From Candidatus Latescibacterota bacterium (lineage in GTDB: Bacteria; Latescibacterota; UBA2968), in NCBI GenBank assembly GCA_965205975.1, contig OZ242195.1, forward strand, positions 5,280,001-5,344,000: a stretch of DNA of 64,000 bases. Reading direction: 5' to 3'. A program made the position numbers and the translations under genes. Below, piece after piece: positions 50,500 through 60,376 of the stretch. The notes under the pieces were generated by a model, which worked only from the letters and a program-made list of their open reading frames with translations, did no database searches and was not told the origin of the DNA. Numbering within the stretch: position 1 is the stretch's first letter; every line of letters begins with the position of its first letter.

Positions 50500-52278
50500 A
50501 TGAGTCTCAATTTTTTTAAGCCCTTTGCGGAGTATGTATATCCCCATCGATGGAAGATTTTTTGGGGATTGGTGCTGTTGCTGGGTACGCAGGCGGTTCA
50601 GGCACTCGTTCCGTTGTTGATGAAATGGGCGATTGATACGGCCAAAGCCGGGCTGGATGCCGGGGATCTTACAGGCGATGTGGTCGATACAATCACGGGT
50701 AGCCCGCTGGGCGATTTGCAGATGTACGGGGCGCTCATGGCCGCGCTTGGCCTCGCGCAATGGGGTATGTCATTTGGGATGAGATGGTACATTGCCAGTG
50801 CGTCTCGTTTTATAGAGAGCGATATTCGCACGATTTATGTGCGACATATTGTGCGGTTACCGATGAGTTTTTTTCAGGCGCAGCGCGTGGGCGATTTAAT
50901 GGCGCGGGCGACCAATGATGTGGAAGCGATTCAGCGGTTTTTTTATTTTGCCTATCGCATGTCGCTACAGGCGGTTTTGAGTTTTGTGCTCAGTCTCATT
51001 TTGATGTGCATCATTGACTGGCAGTTGGCTCTTTTGGCGCTTGCTCCTATGCCCGTGATGGCTTTTTGTGCGCGGTGGGTTGGGCAAAAGGTGCGCGTGG
51101 GATACCGACGGGTTCAGGAACAATTTGCCGCTGTCAGCTCAAAAATTCAGGAAAATTTGACGGGTATGCGAATGGTCAAAGCCTTTGCCCTGCGCCCGCT
51201 TGAGATTGTGGATTTCGGGATTCTCAATGAAGAATACGTCACGCGCAACCGCCATTTGATTAAAATCCGCAGTTTGTATTATCCGTTCACGTTTTTGTTG
51301 AGCGGTGTTTCTATGATTGTGATTTTGTGGCTGGGCGGTCTGCGGGTGATTGAGGGGAGTTTGAGTCTGGGGGCATTTGTGGCGTTCAATGCGTATTTGC
51401 TGCGTATGAGTCGCCCGATGTCGATGTTGGGGAGAATTGTCGATGAGTATCAACGTGCCGTGGCTTCGCTGAGGCGTATTGAAGAGGTTTTGAAAGTATC
51501 GCCGCAACCCGATGTGGAGGGTGGTACAACGGGGGATATCACGGGGGAGATCGAGTTTCGCAATGCGAGTTTTTCTTACAATGGTCAGCGCGTGCTCAAA
51601 GATATCAATCTTCGGATTCCAGCGGGAAGTACGCTTGCCGTGGTGGGGCGCGTGGGGTCGGGAAAATCCACGCTGGCGCGGTTGATCCCCCGGTTGATTC
51701 AAGCGGATGAAGGACGGGTTTTGATCGATGGCAAGCCAGTGGAAGATATACCGCTTCAGACTATTCGTGACGCGACCGGGTATGTGCCGCAGGATGCTTT
51801 TTTGTTTTCGGATACGATTCGGGAAAATGTGGCTTTGGGCACGCGGGCAGAGGGCGATGTTGTGCGCGCGACCGAGATTTCGCAATTGGCTCCCGATTTG
51901 CACCTTTTTCCCGAGCAGTTGGAGACGATTGTGGGAGAGCGGGGGGTCACGCTTTCGGGGGGACAAAAACAGCGTACAGCAATTGCGCGTGCGGTGATTC
52001 GAGAGCCGCGAATTTTGATTATGGACGATGCGTTGGCCAGTGTGGATACGCGAACCGAGGAAGAGATTCTCAAATATTTGCGCGAGATTATGGCTTCGCG
52101 TACGACGATTTTGATTGCCCATCGCATTTCGACTGTGAAAGATGCCGATCATATTGTGGTGCTGGATGAGGGGCGCATTGTAGAGCAGGGATCACACGAT
52201 GAATTGGTTGCATATGATGGGATTTATGCGGATATGTTCCGACGCCAGCATCTGGCTCAAGAATTGGAAATATTATAA
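50500..52278 (+). CDS. ABC exporter, fused permease/ATPase (subunit 1)
   Basis: 6 TM segments, GRVGSGKS, LSGGQKQR, non-canonical Walker B IMDD. Confidence 0.93.
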   Translation: MSLNFFKPFAEYVYPHRWKIFWGLVLLLGTQAVQALVPLLMKWAIDTAKAGLDAGDLTGDVVDTITGSPLGDLQMYGALMAALGLAQWGMSFGMRWYIASASRFIESDIRTIYVRHIVRLPMSFFQAQRVGDLMARATNDVEAIQRFFYFAYRMSLQAVLSFVLSLILMCIIDWQLALLALAPMPVMAFCARWVGQKVRVGYRRVQEQFAAVSSKIQENLTGMRMVKAFALRPLEIVDFGILNEEYVTRNRHLIKIRSLYYPFTFLLSGVSMIVILWLGGLRVIEGSLSLGAFVAFNAYLLRMSRPMSMLGRIVDEYQRAVASLRRIEEVLKVSPQPDVEGGTTGDITGEIEFRNASFSYNGQRVLKDINLRIPAGSTLAVVGRVGSGKSTLARLIPRLIQADEGRVLIDGKPVEDIPLQTIRDATGYVPQDAFLFSDTIRENVALGTRAEGDVVRATEISQLAPDLHLFPEQLETIVGERGVTLSGGQKQRTAIARAVIREPRILIMDDALASVDTRTEEEILKYLREIMASRTTILIAHRISTVKDADHIVVLDEGRIVEQGSHDELVAYDGIYADMFRRQHLAQELEIL

Positions 52279-54032
52279 TGGAAGAAGAGGAAATTGGTCA
52301 TAAGGGTTTTGATCTGCGTTTGATGGCGCGGTTGTTGAACTTTCTCAGGCCCTACGCCTGGTGGGTTATCCTCACGTTTGTGCTCATTATTGTCGCAGCG
52401 GTTGTGCGGCAGGCCGGGCCTTATTTGACCAAGATTGCGGTGGATGATTATATCGTGCCGGGAGATGTGGATGGGTTGACCTATCTGGTCATGCTCTATG
52501 TCGGTCTGCTTGTCGCGCAATTTGGCGTGGGATATTGCCAGAGTTGGACGACCAATATGATCGGGCAATGGGCGATGCACGATGTGCGGTTGCAGATTTT
52601 CATGCATTTGCAGCGGTTGCCCATGCGATATTTCGACCGCACGCCTGTGGGTCGTTTGATGGCGCGCAATACAAATGATGTGGATGCCCTCAACGAGTTG
52701 TTTACCGATGGCATTGTGTCGATGATCAGCGATATTTTTACGATTATCACCATTCTCGCATACATTTTTTATATGGATGTCACGCTCGGCGCGCTGATCT
52801 GTCTCGCATTGCCCGTGGCTTTTGTCGCAACCGTATGGCTGCAGAATAAGACCTTTTTTGCGTATCGCGTTGCGCGTACGCTGTTCGCGCGATTTAGTTC
52901 ATCGCTGCAGGAGACCGTGTCCGGGATGGAGGTGGTGCAGTTATTTGGTTGTGAAGATCGCTGTGTGAAGCGGTTTGAGGATCCGAATAAAGAGTATCTG
53001 GATGCGCGGTTACAGAGTTCGTTTTACCATGCGATTTATTTTCCGATTATGGAGTTGGGCGGTGTTTTGTTGTCCGCATTGGTGTTGTGGTATGGCGGCG
53101 TGCGGGTGCTCGACGGGGAAATCCAGTGGGGCGTGCTCGTGGCGATGTTGCAGTATGTTCCGCGGTTTTTTATGCCCCTCCGCGATATTGCCGATCGCTT
53201 TACTGTGCTTCAGGTTGCGATGGCGTCTTCAGAGCGCATTTTTGAGTTGCTGGATACAAAGCCAGAATCACTTGGCGGCACTGTGAAGGCCGATCACTTG
53301 AAGGGCGAGATCGAGTTTCAAAATGTCTGGTTTGCGTACAACGAAGGCGAATGGGTGTTGCGCGATGTGTCTTTTCGCGTTGCGCCGGGGCAGAGTTTGG
53401 CATTGGTTGGGGCGACGGGCGCGGGTAAGAGTACGGTGATCGGTCTGGTGTGTCGGTTCTACGATATTCAGCGGGGTGCGATTCTGGTGGATGGTGTCGA
53501 TATTCGCGAGTGGGATGTGGAGGAGCTTCGCAGACGCATTGGGGTCGTGCAACAGGATGTTTTTCTTTTTGCTGGCGATATTGAAGACAATATTAGCCTG
53601 GGACATCCGCGCATTAGCCGCCAGGAGGTCGAGCAAGCCGCGCGCGATGTCAATGCGGACCGGTTTATCGACAAGTTGCCCGATACATATCAGCACGAGG
53701 TCCTGGAGCGGGGCAGTTCGCTTTCGGTTGGTCAGCGTCAGTTGATATCTTTTGCGCGTACCCTGGCTTCTGGACCGGATATTCTCATTCTGGATGAGGC
53801 GACGGCGAATGTGGATACGGAGACCGAGATGTGGATTCAGGATGCGGTGGCAAAATTGATGCGGTCGCGGACTTCGATTGCGATTGCACACCGTCTTTCT
53901 ACCATTCGAAATGCGGATAATATTCTGGTGATGCACCGCGGGCAAATTCGAGAGGAAGGCGACCACGATACGCTGCTCCAGCAGAATGGGATCTATGCTC
54001 GGCTTTATCAGTTGCAGTATCAAGAGGAATAG
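52278..54032 (+). CDS. ABC exporter, fused permease/ATPase (subunit 2)
   Basis: 6 TM segments, GATGAGKS, LSVGQRQ, ILDEAT; 1-bp overlap with subunit 1. Confidence 0.93.
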   Translation: MEEEEIGHKGFDLRLMARLLNFLRPYAWWVILTFVLIIVAAVVRQAGPYLTKIAVDDYIVPGDVDGLTYLVMLYVGLLVAQFGVGYCQSWTTNMIGQWAMHDVRLQIFMHLQRLPMRYFDRTPVGRLMARNTNDVDALNELFTDGIVSMISDIFTIITILAYIFYMDVTLGALICLALPVAFVATVWLQNKTFFAYRVARTLFARFSSSLQETVSGMEVVQLFGCEDRCVKRFEDPNKEYLDARLQSSFYHAIYFPIMELGGVLLSALVLWYGGVRVLDGEIQWGVLVAMLQYVPRFFMPLRDIADRFTVLQVAMASSERIFELLDTKPESLGGTVKADHLKGEIEFQNVWFAYNEGEWVLRDVSFRVAPGQSLALVGATGAGKSTVIGLVCRFYDIQRGAILVDGVDIREWDVEELRRRIGVVQQDVFLFAGDIEDNISLGHPRISRQEVEQAARDVNADRFIDKLPDTYQHEVLERGSSLSVGQRQLISFARTLASGPDILILDEATANVDTETEMWIQDAVAKLMRSRTSIAIAHRLSTIRNADNILVMHRGQIREEGDHDTLLQQNGIYARLYQLQYQEE

Positions 54033-54068
54033 GGGATCGTCTGTTCTTTATTTTCAAGGAGGTACACC

Positions 54069-54950
54069 ATGTTATTCGGAGAAGGCGATTATCGGTACGA
54101 GGAAGTTGAGGGATGGGCGAAGTTGCCCGAGGGATGGGTGTTTACGCAGGTGTCGGATGCTGCGGTGGATTCACAGGGCCGCATTTACGCCTTTACGCGC
54201 GGGATTCATCCCGTGGTTGTGTTTGATAAGGATGGCAATTTTATTACGTCGTGGGGGTATGGCGATTTTGGTATTTCGCCGAATTTGATCAGTCAGTCAC
54301 ACGGTATTTTTATCGATCCGGATGATAAGGTGTTTTTGACCGATTCGTTTCAGCATATTGTCAGGCGTTATACCCGTTTGGGCGAGTTGGAGCGCGAATG
54401 GGGCAATCGCGGGGTTCCGGGTCCGACGTTTCACCGCAGGGAATACAATATGCCTACGGGGGTTGCTTATGCGCCAGATGGCAATTCGTTTTACGTGTCG
54501 GATGGGTATGGCAGCCGGTGTGTGCACAAGTATTCGCGCGAGGGCGAGCATATCGGGGTGTGGGGCGAAGGGGGGAGTGGGCCGGGGCAGTTTGCATTGG
54601 TACACAATATCGGGTGCGATAAGACCGGGCGGGTTCTGGTGTGTGACCGGGAGAATAACCGCATTCAGATTTTCGATCCAGATGGGAAGTTTATGGAGAT
54701 GTGGACAGATGTGATGATGCCGGGCGATGTGTGGATTACGGACGACAATACGATTTATGTGGCAGAGCAAGGGGGCGGGGGACGCATTAGCGTGTGGTCT
54801 GCTGATGGGGAGTTGATTTGCCGCTTTCAAGATCAGAGTGCTGTGCAGTCGCCGCACGGGCTTTGCGTGGATGACGAGGGCAGTATTTATGTGGCTGAGA
54901 TCGGTATGGAGGGAAAGGGACAGCGGTTGCAGAAGTTTGCGAGGGTTTAG
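54069..54950 (+). CDS. NHL-repeat beta-propeller (peptidyl-alpha-hydroxyglycine amidating lyase-like)
   Basis: HGIFID, PTGVA, VSDGYG, GQF..VHNI, DRENNRIQIF, PHGL. Confidence 0.88.
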   Translation: MLFGEGDYRYEEVEGWAKLPEGWVFTQVSDAAVDSQGRIYAFTRGIHPVVVFDKDGNFITSWGYGDFGISPNLISQSHGIFIDPDDKVFLTDSFQHIVRRYTRLGELEREWGNRGVPGPTFHRREYNMPTGVAYAPDGNSFYVSDGYGSRCVHKYSREGEHIGVWGEGGSGPGQFALVHNIGCDKTGRVLVCDRENNRIQIFDPDGKFMEMWTDVMMPGDVWITDDNTIYVAEQGGGGRISVWSADGELICRFQDQSAVQSPHGLCVDDEGSIYVAEIGMEGKGQRLQKFARV

Positions 54951-54996
54951 GGTTTTCAGGTAACTACAACATAGCGAGGTCGTTTACTTTTTGTTT

Positions 54997-55740
54997 ATGG
55001 CTACACCAAATCGCATTCTCGAGCGTTATCGCAATGGCGAAAAAGCCGTTGGCGTGCAGATGAGTTTTGTTTCGGAAATTGTGATCGAAGTCGCGGCTAA
55101 GATGGGGATGGATTTTATTTCGCTGGATGGGCAGCACGGCGCATTGACGCTGCCGACTATTGAGACGGTCTGTCGCCTTTGCGATGCTTATGGTATGACG
55201 CCTACTATGCGGGTTGTGGATCAGTCCGAGGCGGCTATTTTAACGGCGCTGGACCGGGGCATGCAGATGATTACGGTGCCCAATTTGCAGACTGCTGAAG
55301 AGGCCGAGCGGATTGTCCAGTTTGGTTTTTACGGGCCTTTGGGACGGCGGAGCGCGATGAGCCAGCGCGTGGCTTATGGTTTGAATGATACCAGCGATAG
55401 TCGGAAGATTTTTGAGTTTACCAATGACAATACCATTATTGTACCGCAGCTCGAGAGCAAGACGGCTTTTGATAATTTGGATGAGATTCTTCAGGTTGAC
55501 GGGCTTATGTTTTTCGCGGGCGGTCCGCAAGATATCGCGCAGTCCATGGGGTATCCCGGAGAGCCGAATCATCCAGAGTGCATAGCGGCGTATGAGGCGG
55601 CGTGTGATAAAGTGCGTGCGGCGGGAAAGCACATGAGTGGCGATGTGATGGTTAGTTTGGATGCCTTTGGGGCGATCTACGATGCGGGGAAGGCGTTGCT
55701 CGAAGCACACGGCCGCGAGTGCGGTATGAAGATTGGTTGA
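54997..55740 (+). CDS. HpcH/HpaI aldolase family protein
   Basis: DFISLDGQHG, MRV, LDRG, P.G.RS, QLES, NLDEIL, GPQD. Confidence 0.87.
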   Translation: MATPNRILERYRNGEKAVGVQMSFVSEIVIEVAAKMGMDFISLDGQHGALTLPTIETVCRLCDAYGMTPTMRVVDQSEAAILTALDRGMQMITVPNLQTAEEAERIVQFGFYGPLGRRSAMSQRVAYGLNDTSDSRKIFEFTNDNTIIVPQLESKTAFDNLDEILQVDGLMFFAGGPQDIAQSMGYPGEPNHPECIAAYEAACDKVRAAGKHMSGDVMVSLDAFGAIYDAGKALLEAHGRECGMKIG

Positions 55741-55748
55741 ATTGAGAG

Positions 55749-57164
55749 GTGCATTTGTCCAAGGCACAGGTTGAATCCGGGGAGGCGGAACCGCTGTCTC
55801 CTCGGGCGGCCCGGCGCGTGTTGATTAGCCTGATGTTTTCGTCTATGCTGATGCCTATGGTGTCTGGCATGTCGCGGGTTGCGCTGCCGGTTATTCGGGA
55901 TGATTTTGGGATTCCCGCGGATTTGACGGCGTGGGTTCTGGCAGCTTTTATGCTGCCTTTTGTCGTTTTGATGCCGATTTATGGGCGTTTGAGCGATGGC
56001 GTTGACCGGCGGCTGTTGATTCTGCTGGGGACTGTGATTTTTGGCGTTGGTTCTGCGATGACATTTCTGGCGCCGAATATGCGCTGGTTGATGGCCGGGC
56101 GTGCGATTCAGGGTATTGGCGTGGGGGGAATGACGCCGATGGGTATGGCGTTGCTTGTGTCGATTTTTAGTGCGGGAGAGCGCGGGCGCGTTCTGGGTAC
56201 GTGGAGTGCGGTGGGTCCGGCGATGAGTTTTTCGTCGTCGTTTGTCGCGGGTATTCTCATTGCGCTTTGGGGGTGGCGCGCCGCTTTTGTGCCGGGGCTT
56301 TTGCTCAGTGTTGTGACTTTTGTCGCGATTTACAGGGGGGTGCCTTCTCAGGTGATTGGGGAGGCGTCCAAATTTTTGCGGCAGTTTGATTGGGGTGGGG
56401 TCGGGTTGTTGTCGGGTGGGATTGTGTTTTTGATGTTTTACCTGTCCAGCCGGTCTGTGACGGGGGTTGCCCCTTTTGAGGATTGGCGATTGCTTTTGGG
56501 CGCGGGGTTGTTTTTCACGGGTTTCTGGTGGTGGGAAAGAGGGCGGAGAGATCCTTTTCTTCCGCTCAATTTTTTTGGCAATCGCATGTTTTGCCGGGTG
56601 ACGTTTTGCGCTTCGATGCGGATGTTTGTGCAGGGCGGTATTGGGGTGTTGATGCCGCTGTATCTGGTTGATGTTCACCGCATGGGTCCGGCACTGTTGG
56701 GCGTGTTTTTGATTATTAGCTCTGCGGCGATGACGCTGATTGTGCGGTTTGGCGGGCAGATGTCCGATCGTTTTCAGAGTCGGTGGCTGGTGATGATTGG
56801 GATGTTTGTGCAGTTGACGGTGATGCTGGGTTTTGCACATTTGCCAGATACTGTCTCGACATGGGTTATTGCTGGCTTGCTGGCGTATTATGGGCTTGGA
56901 GCGGGGTTGATGCTGGCGGCATTGCACAGTACGGTTATGGGGACTGTCGATTCAAATCAGATGGGGGCTGCTGCAGGGCTTTATAGTATGCTGCGGTTTA
57001 TGGGGATGGCGATCAGTACGGCACTGGTCGGGGTGGTGTTGCAATTTTTTTTCGATGCAAATCTGGCTACACTCGACGCGTATCAGAAGGTGTTTATGGT
57101 GCTTGCGATATTTCCCGTTCTGGGGATGGCGGTGGGGTTTGGGTTGCGGGAAAAGAGGTTGTGA
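55749..57164 (+). CDS. MFS transporter (DHA2-like, ~14 TM)
   Basis: VALPVI, GRLSDGVDRR, GRAIQGIG, DWGG. Confidence 0.9.
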   Translation: MHLSKAQVESGEAEPLSPRAARRVLISLMFSSMLMPMVSGMSRVALPVIRDDFGIPADLTAWVLAAFMLPFVVLMPIYGRLSDGVDRRLLILLGTVIFGVGSAMTFLAPNMRWLMAGRAIQGIGVGGMTPMGMALLVSIFSAGERGRVLGTWSAVGPAMSFSSSFVAGILIALWGWRAAFVPGLLLSVVTFVAIYRGVPSQVIGEASKFLRQFDWGGVGLLSGGIVFLMFYLSSRSVTGVAPFEDWRLLLGAGLFFTGFWWWERGRRDPFLPLNFFGNRMFCRVTFCASMRMFVQGGIGVLMPLYLVDVHRMGPALLGVFLIISSAAMTLIVRFGGQMSDRFQSRWLVMIGMFVQLTVMLGFAHLPDTVSTWVIAGLLAYYGLGAGLMLAALHSTVMGTVDSNQMGAAAGLYSMLRFMGMAISTALVGVVLQFFFDANLATLDAYQKVFMVLAIFPVLGMAVGFGLREKRL

Positions 57165-57344
57165 AATAGTTTACAGGATAAGCATATTATACGTTATTGC
57201 GACACCAAAACTACGATATGAATGGATGGCAAGTTATCGGCAAAGACTGTTTCTGAAAGAGTTAAAAGCGTTCTGTTGGCATCACTGATACTGGTAATAC
57301 CGTCGGTAAGAATGACGTATAGAGTGGGGGCGACCTCTTTGGCC

Positions 57345-57779
57345 TTATTGTGACACTAAAATTACCAGCCTTATAGATGATAGATTGTCGGCAAAAACTC
57401 TTTGTGCAAGATTTAAGATCAATAAGCCCGGATCAGTAAGAACTAAAACACCGTTACTAAGGACAACACTGAAATTTTGAGCAAGATAATCAAGAGGAAC
57501 GTATATTTCTGCGCCACTGAGCATTCCCTTGATATAAACCAACCGAAAACTCGTTGGCGTTATCCGACTATCTGCTATTAAAATTTGGTTGTCCTCATCA
57601 TACGAGGATCTAGAAAATGCAAGCTCAATAGCGACTTCATCTCTTCGAGGCCCTGGAGGGCCTTGATCCCCCTGTGGGCCTTGTGGGCCAGTAGGTCCCG
57701 CTGGCCCCATTGGACCTTCACACGCGCCAAAGCTAAAGGCTAACAAAACGAACAAAAAAAAGCGCAGAAAATCCACCAT
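57345..57779 (-). CDS. Lipoprotein with short collagen-like Gly-X-Y repeat
   Basis: GGAGG RBS, lipobox FGAC, then GPMGPAGPTGPQGPQGDQGPPGP. Confidence 0.8.
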   Translation of the reverse strand: MVDFLRFFLFVLLAFSFGACEGPMGPAGPTGPQGPQGDQGPPGPRRDEVAIELAFSRSSYDEDNQILIADSRITPTSFRLVYIKGMLSGAEIYVPLDYLAQNFSVVLSNGVLVLTDPGLLILNLAQRVFADNLSSIRLVILVSQ

Positions 57780-57930
57780 ACCCCTCCTTGTTGTATATAA
57801 ATCTAGAAAAAAGAACCGACAAGAATGCACAGGTATGCATTCTAAAATGATATTCTCTCTATGTCAAGCTCGTTGTCGATCATCTTGCTCACTCGTGATC
57901 CAACTAACAGCGTTGCAAAATATTAAAAAC

Positions 57931-57967
57931 AAAAAGCCGGGGGTATAAACCCTCGGCTTTTTATTTT
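57931..57967. terminator. Bidirectional-type terminator after dndE
   Basis: AAAAAGCCGGGGG-loop-CCCTCGGCTTTTT. Confidence 0.75.
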
Positions 57968-57987
57968 GATCTGATGACTTTTAAAAA

Positions 57988-58353
57988 TCATTTCCGTGGT
58001 AAGAGTCGCTGGAGGTCACTTAAGTCCTTGCAGTTTTGATAAAGTGTTAGAACCCCGCGATTGAGATGTGCTCGGAAATAGTCCTCTAAACCATTCTCGG
58101 TATCTAATCCATCATTGAAACAGCGTTGTTTCAATAGAGCGACAAAGAGGCTGTCCCATTCACCTGTTAGTGTATATCGGTTGAACTCCTGCCCATCTTC
58201 GGGATAAACATCTGCGTTGGGCAGACCGCTCTCTCGAAGCGACAGGCAGAAACCGATCCGGCATAAGATATTTGGGGTTAATCCCGTTCTGCCTTTTAAA
58301 TGTCTAAGCCGGTTGGAGGCTTCCAAGCAGAGCTTGATCTTGTTGAGTTTCAT
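57988..58353 (-). CDS. dndE: DNA sulfur modification protein DndE
   Basis: LKGRTGLTPNILCRIGFCLSL, EFNRYTLTGEWD, FRAHLNRG. Confidence 0.93.
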   Translation of the reverse strand: MKLNKIKLCLEASNRLRHLKGRTGLTPNILCRIGFCLSLRESGLPNADVYPEDGQEFNRYTLTGEWDSLFVALLKQRCFNDGLDTENGLEDYFRAHLNRGVLTLYQNCKDLSDLQRLLPRK

Positions 58354-60376
58354 GATCGGCCTCTCTGTGTTTCCAAAAATAACCTTCGGATGCTGAGGAT
58401 GATTCAGTCTCAGGATTGTATTGCAGGTGGTATGCGTGAGAAATGAAGGGATTCAGTGCTTTGATATACTCCTGATCAATTTCCGTGTCGGTAGAAAGAA
58501 TGATAACCTGGTGACTGGCTTTCGAAAAATAGCACTCTATCAGGTTGCGACGATGGTCACTGTCAAGTCTTCCGAGAGGTGTGTCGATAATTACGGGTAG
58601 CGGGCGTCCTGATGTTTGTGCCAATGCCCAGAGCATGGAGATGGCGTAGATTTGTTTTTCTCCCGCAGACAACTGCTTTTTGGGAGTGGCGTGACCCTGA
58701 CGATCATAAAGCGTTACAGAGAATGTTTTAGGATCAACTTCAATACGGCGTATCATATCGCTTTTGTGGCAAAGTAGGCCAAAACATTGAGCCACAGCAT
58801 GTTCCAGTTTACGCACTTTTGCTTGTGCCAGTTGATCGAAGTATTCGCCCAGGACTCCCTGAACACCATTGATCAATTTGAGACGATGGTCCATGTCTTC
58901 TTCAAGGGATAGCTCATCCAGTGTTTTTTGATATTCCCGAGTGGTCTCATTAAGTCGGTATTCAAGCTGGCGGATGTCCCTTTCAATGCGATCTGATTTC
59001 GTATAGAGAGATCCCAGGGTCTGATTTAGATCATTCATTTTTTCGATATGCGGGGCAATTGCATCATCATCGGGAATACGCTGTAAGTTCGTTTCGACTT
59101 TTTCGAGTTCGGTCAATGCTTTTTCAAGTTGACGGGTCATTTCAATTACAACGTCACGACTAACTGGCGCGCCGCTTTTGGCCCAATTAATCAATTGAGC
59201 ACCTTCGTCCTGAGAAAAGTTGTGTAAAATTTTAATGGTTTCAAAGTCTTCAGGGGGTTGGAATGCCTCTATGATCATAGAACCAATTCGGTCTATCAGG
59301 TTCTCATTTTCAGCAATTGGGGGTTTTAATATTCCGTCGTTGAGATTTTCCTTTATATCCTTCCAGCGGGTCTGGGCAACATCGCTCACGATATGCCATT
59401 TTTGGACTTCACTCTCACCTTGAACCTGCTGCGTAAGTTGCTCACATAATTCGGGTACCAATGAAAAGGGGAATAGGCGTGCGCATTCTTCTCGGATGCG
59501 GCTTTTACATTGTTCAATTTGTGTGTTTAAAGAAGCGTGTTGAGATTTAAATTCCTGCCGTCTTTGTGCGTATTTTCCACCCGCTACTGCAAATTCGGTT
59601 TCGGCTTCTTCAATTTTAGCCGTTACACGTTGCAAATGTGCTTCAATCTGTGCCCTGTCTTGCCTTAAGGCTGAGAGTTGTTCATCAAGCTCAAATCGTT
59701 TTTTTTCAATATCTTTTAAGCGTTTTTCCGTTGCTCCGTCTTGTGCCTTCTTTTTTTGACGGTTTGAATAAATAGTCAAATCGGATTTCAACTGTTCAAT
59801 GATGTCCAAACTGAGCATTGATTTGACAGATTCTGCCAGGACTGTTCCGCCCTCTTCTTCAGCGAGATTCTGAATTTTCTCACCATCAAAAAAGAAGTGT
59901 TGTGAAACACCGATGGGAACCAGATCATTTAGAAACTCTTGCACTTGTTCTGCTTCAAATAGCTCTTCTCCATTTTCTTCAAGCGTCAATTGTTCTTCAA
60001 TCCCATCTTTTAGGGAGTCCGATTTTTTCCAGGCTCTTTTTACGGTGTAAAGGTGCTGTTCTCCAAACTTGGCGTAGGAAAACGCAAGCTGGATGCTTGT
60101 ATTTTTTAACTTTATACCGCCACCGCCTCTGGGGCGATGTATGCGACCTGCAATGTACTCGCCATAGTCTCGATTGCTCATTCGACTATTAAGTGCATTT
60201 TTGCCATAAAGACAAAGCAGAATGGCTTCGAGGAAGGTGGTTTTTCCAGCCCCGTTTTTGCCACCAAAGAGGATGATTGGACTTGTCTTACGATATTTGG
60301 TCCGCGGTTCAAGATCAAATTCATGTGAACCACAAAAAAGTCCAAAATTTTGGATGGATAGGGTTTTAAAAATCAT
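58304..60376 (-). CDS. dndD: DNA sulfur modification protein DndD (SMC-like ATPase)
   Basis: PIILFGGKNGAGKTT, FFFDGEKI, coiled coil, LSAGEKQ, IIDTPLGRLDS.HR, LSTDTEI. Confidence 0.95.
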   Translation of the reverse strand: MIFKTLSIQNFGLFCGSHEFDLEPRTKYRKTSPIILFGGKNGAGKTTFLEAILLCLYGKNALNSRMSNRDYGEYIAGRIHRPRGGGGIKLKNTSIQLAFSYAKFGEQHLYTVKRAWKKSDSLKDGIEEQLTLEENGEELFEAEQVQEFLNDLVPIGVSQHFFFDGEKIQNLAEEEGGTVLAESVKSMLSLDIIEQLKSDLTIYSNRQKKKAQDGATEKRLKDIEKKRFELDEQLSALRQDRAQIEAHLQRVTAKIEEAETEFAVAGGKYAQRRQEFKSQHASLNTQIEQCKSRIREECARLFPFSLVPELCEQLTQQVQGESEVQKWHIVSDVAQTRWKDIKENLNDGILKPPIAENENLIDRIGSMIIEAFQPPEDFETIKILHNFSQDEGAQLINWAKSGAPVSRDVVIEMTRQLEKALTELEKVETNLQRIPDDDAIAPHIEKMNDLNQTLGSLYTKSDRIERDIRQLEYRLNETTREYQKTLDELSLEEDMDHRLKLINGVQGVLGEYFDQLAQAKVRKLEHAVAQCFGLLCHKSDMIRRIEVDPKTFSVTLYDRQGHATPKKQLSAGEKQIYAISMLWALAQTSGRPLPVIIDTPLGRLDSDHRRNLIECYFSKASHQVIILSTDTEIDQEYIKALNPFISHAYHLQYNPETESSSASEGYFWKHREADHETQQDQALLGSLQPA

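Noticed and set aside
49831..56927. Long antisense ORFs (49831-50760, 51139-52152, 53268-54023, 55677-56927)
   Set aside because: They lie opposite well-supported genes and have the R/H/Q/P-rich composition expected of antisense frames
57320..57345. AGAGTGGGGGCGACC as a tRNA-derived att site for the dnd island
   Set aside because: Too short, and no partner copy or T-arm sequence was found in the window
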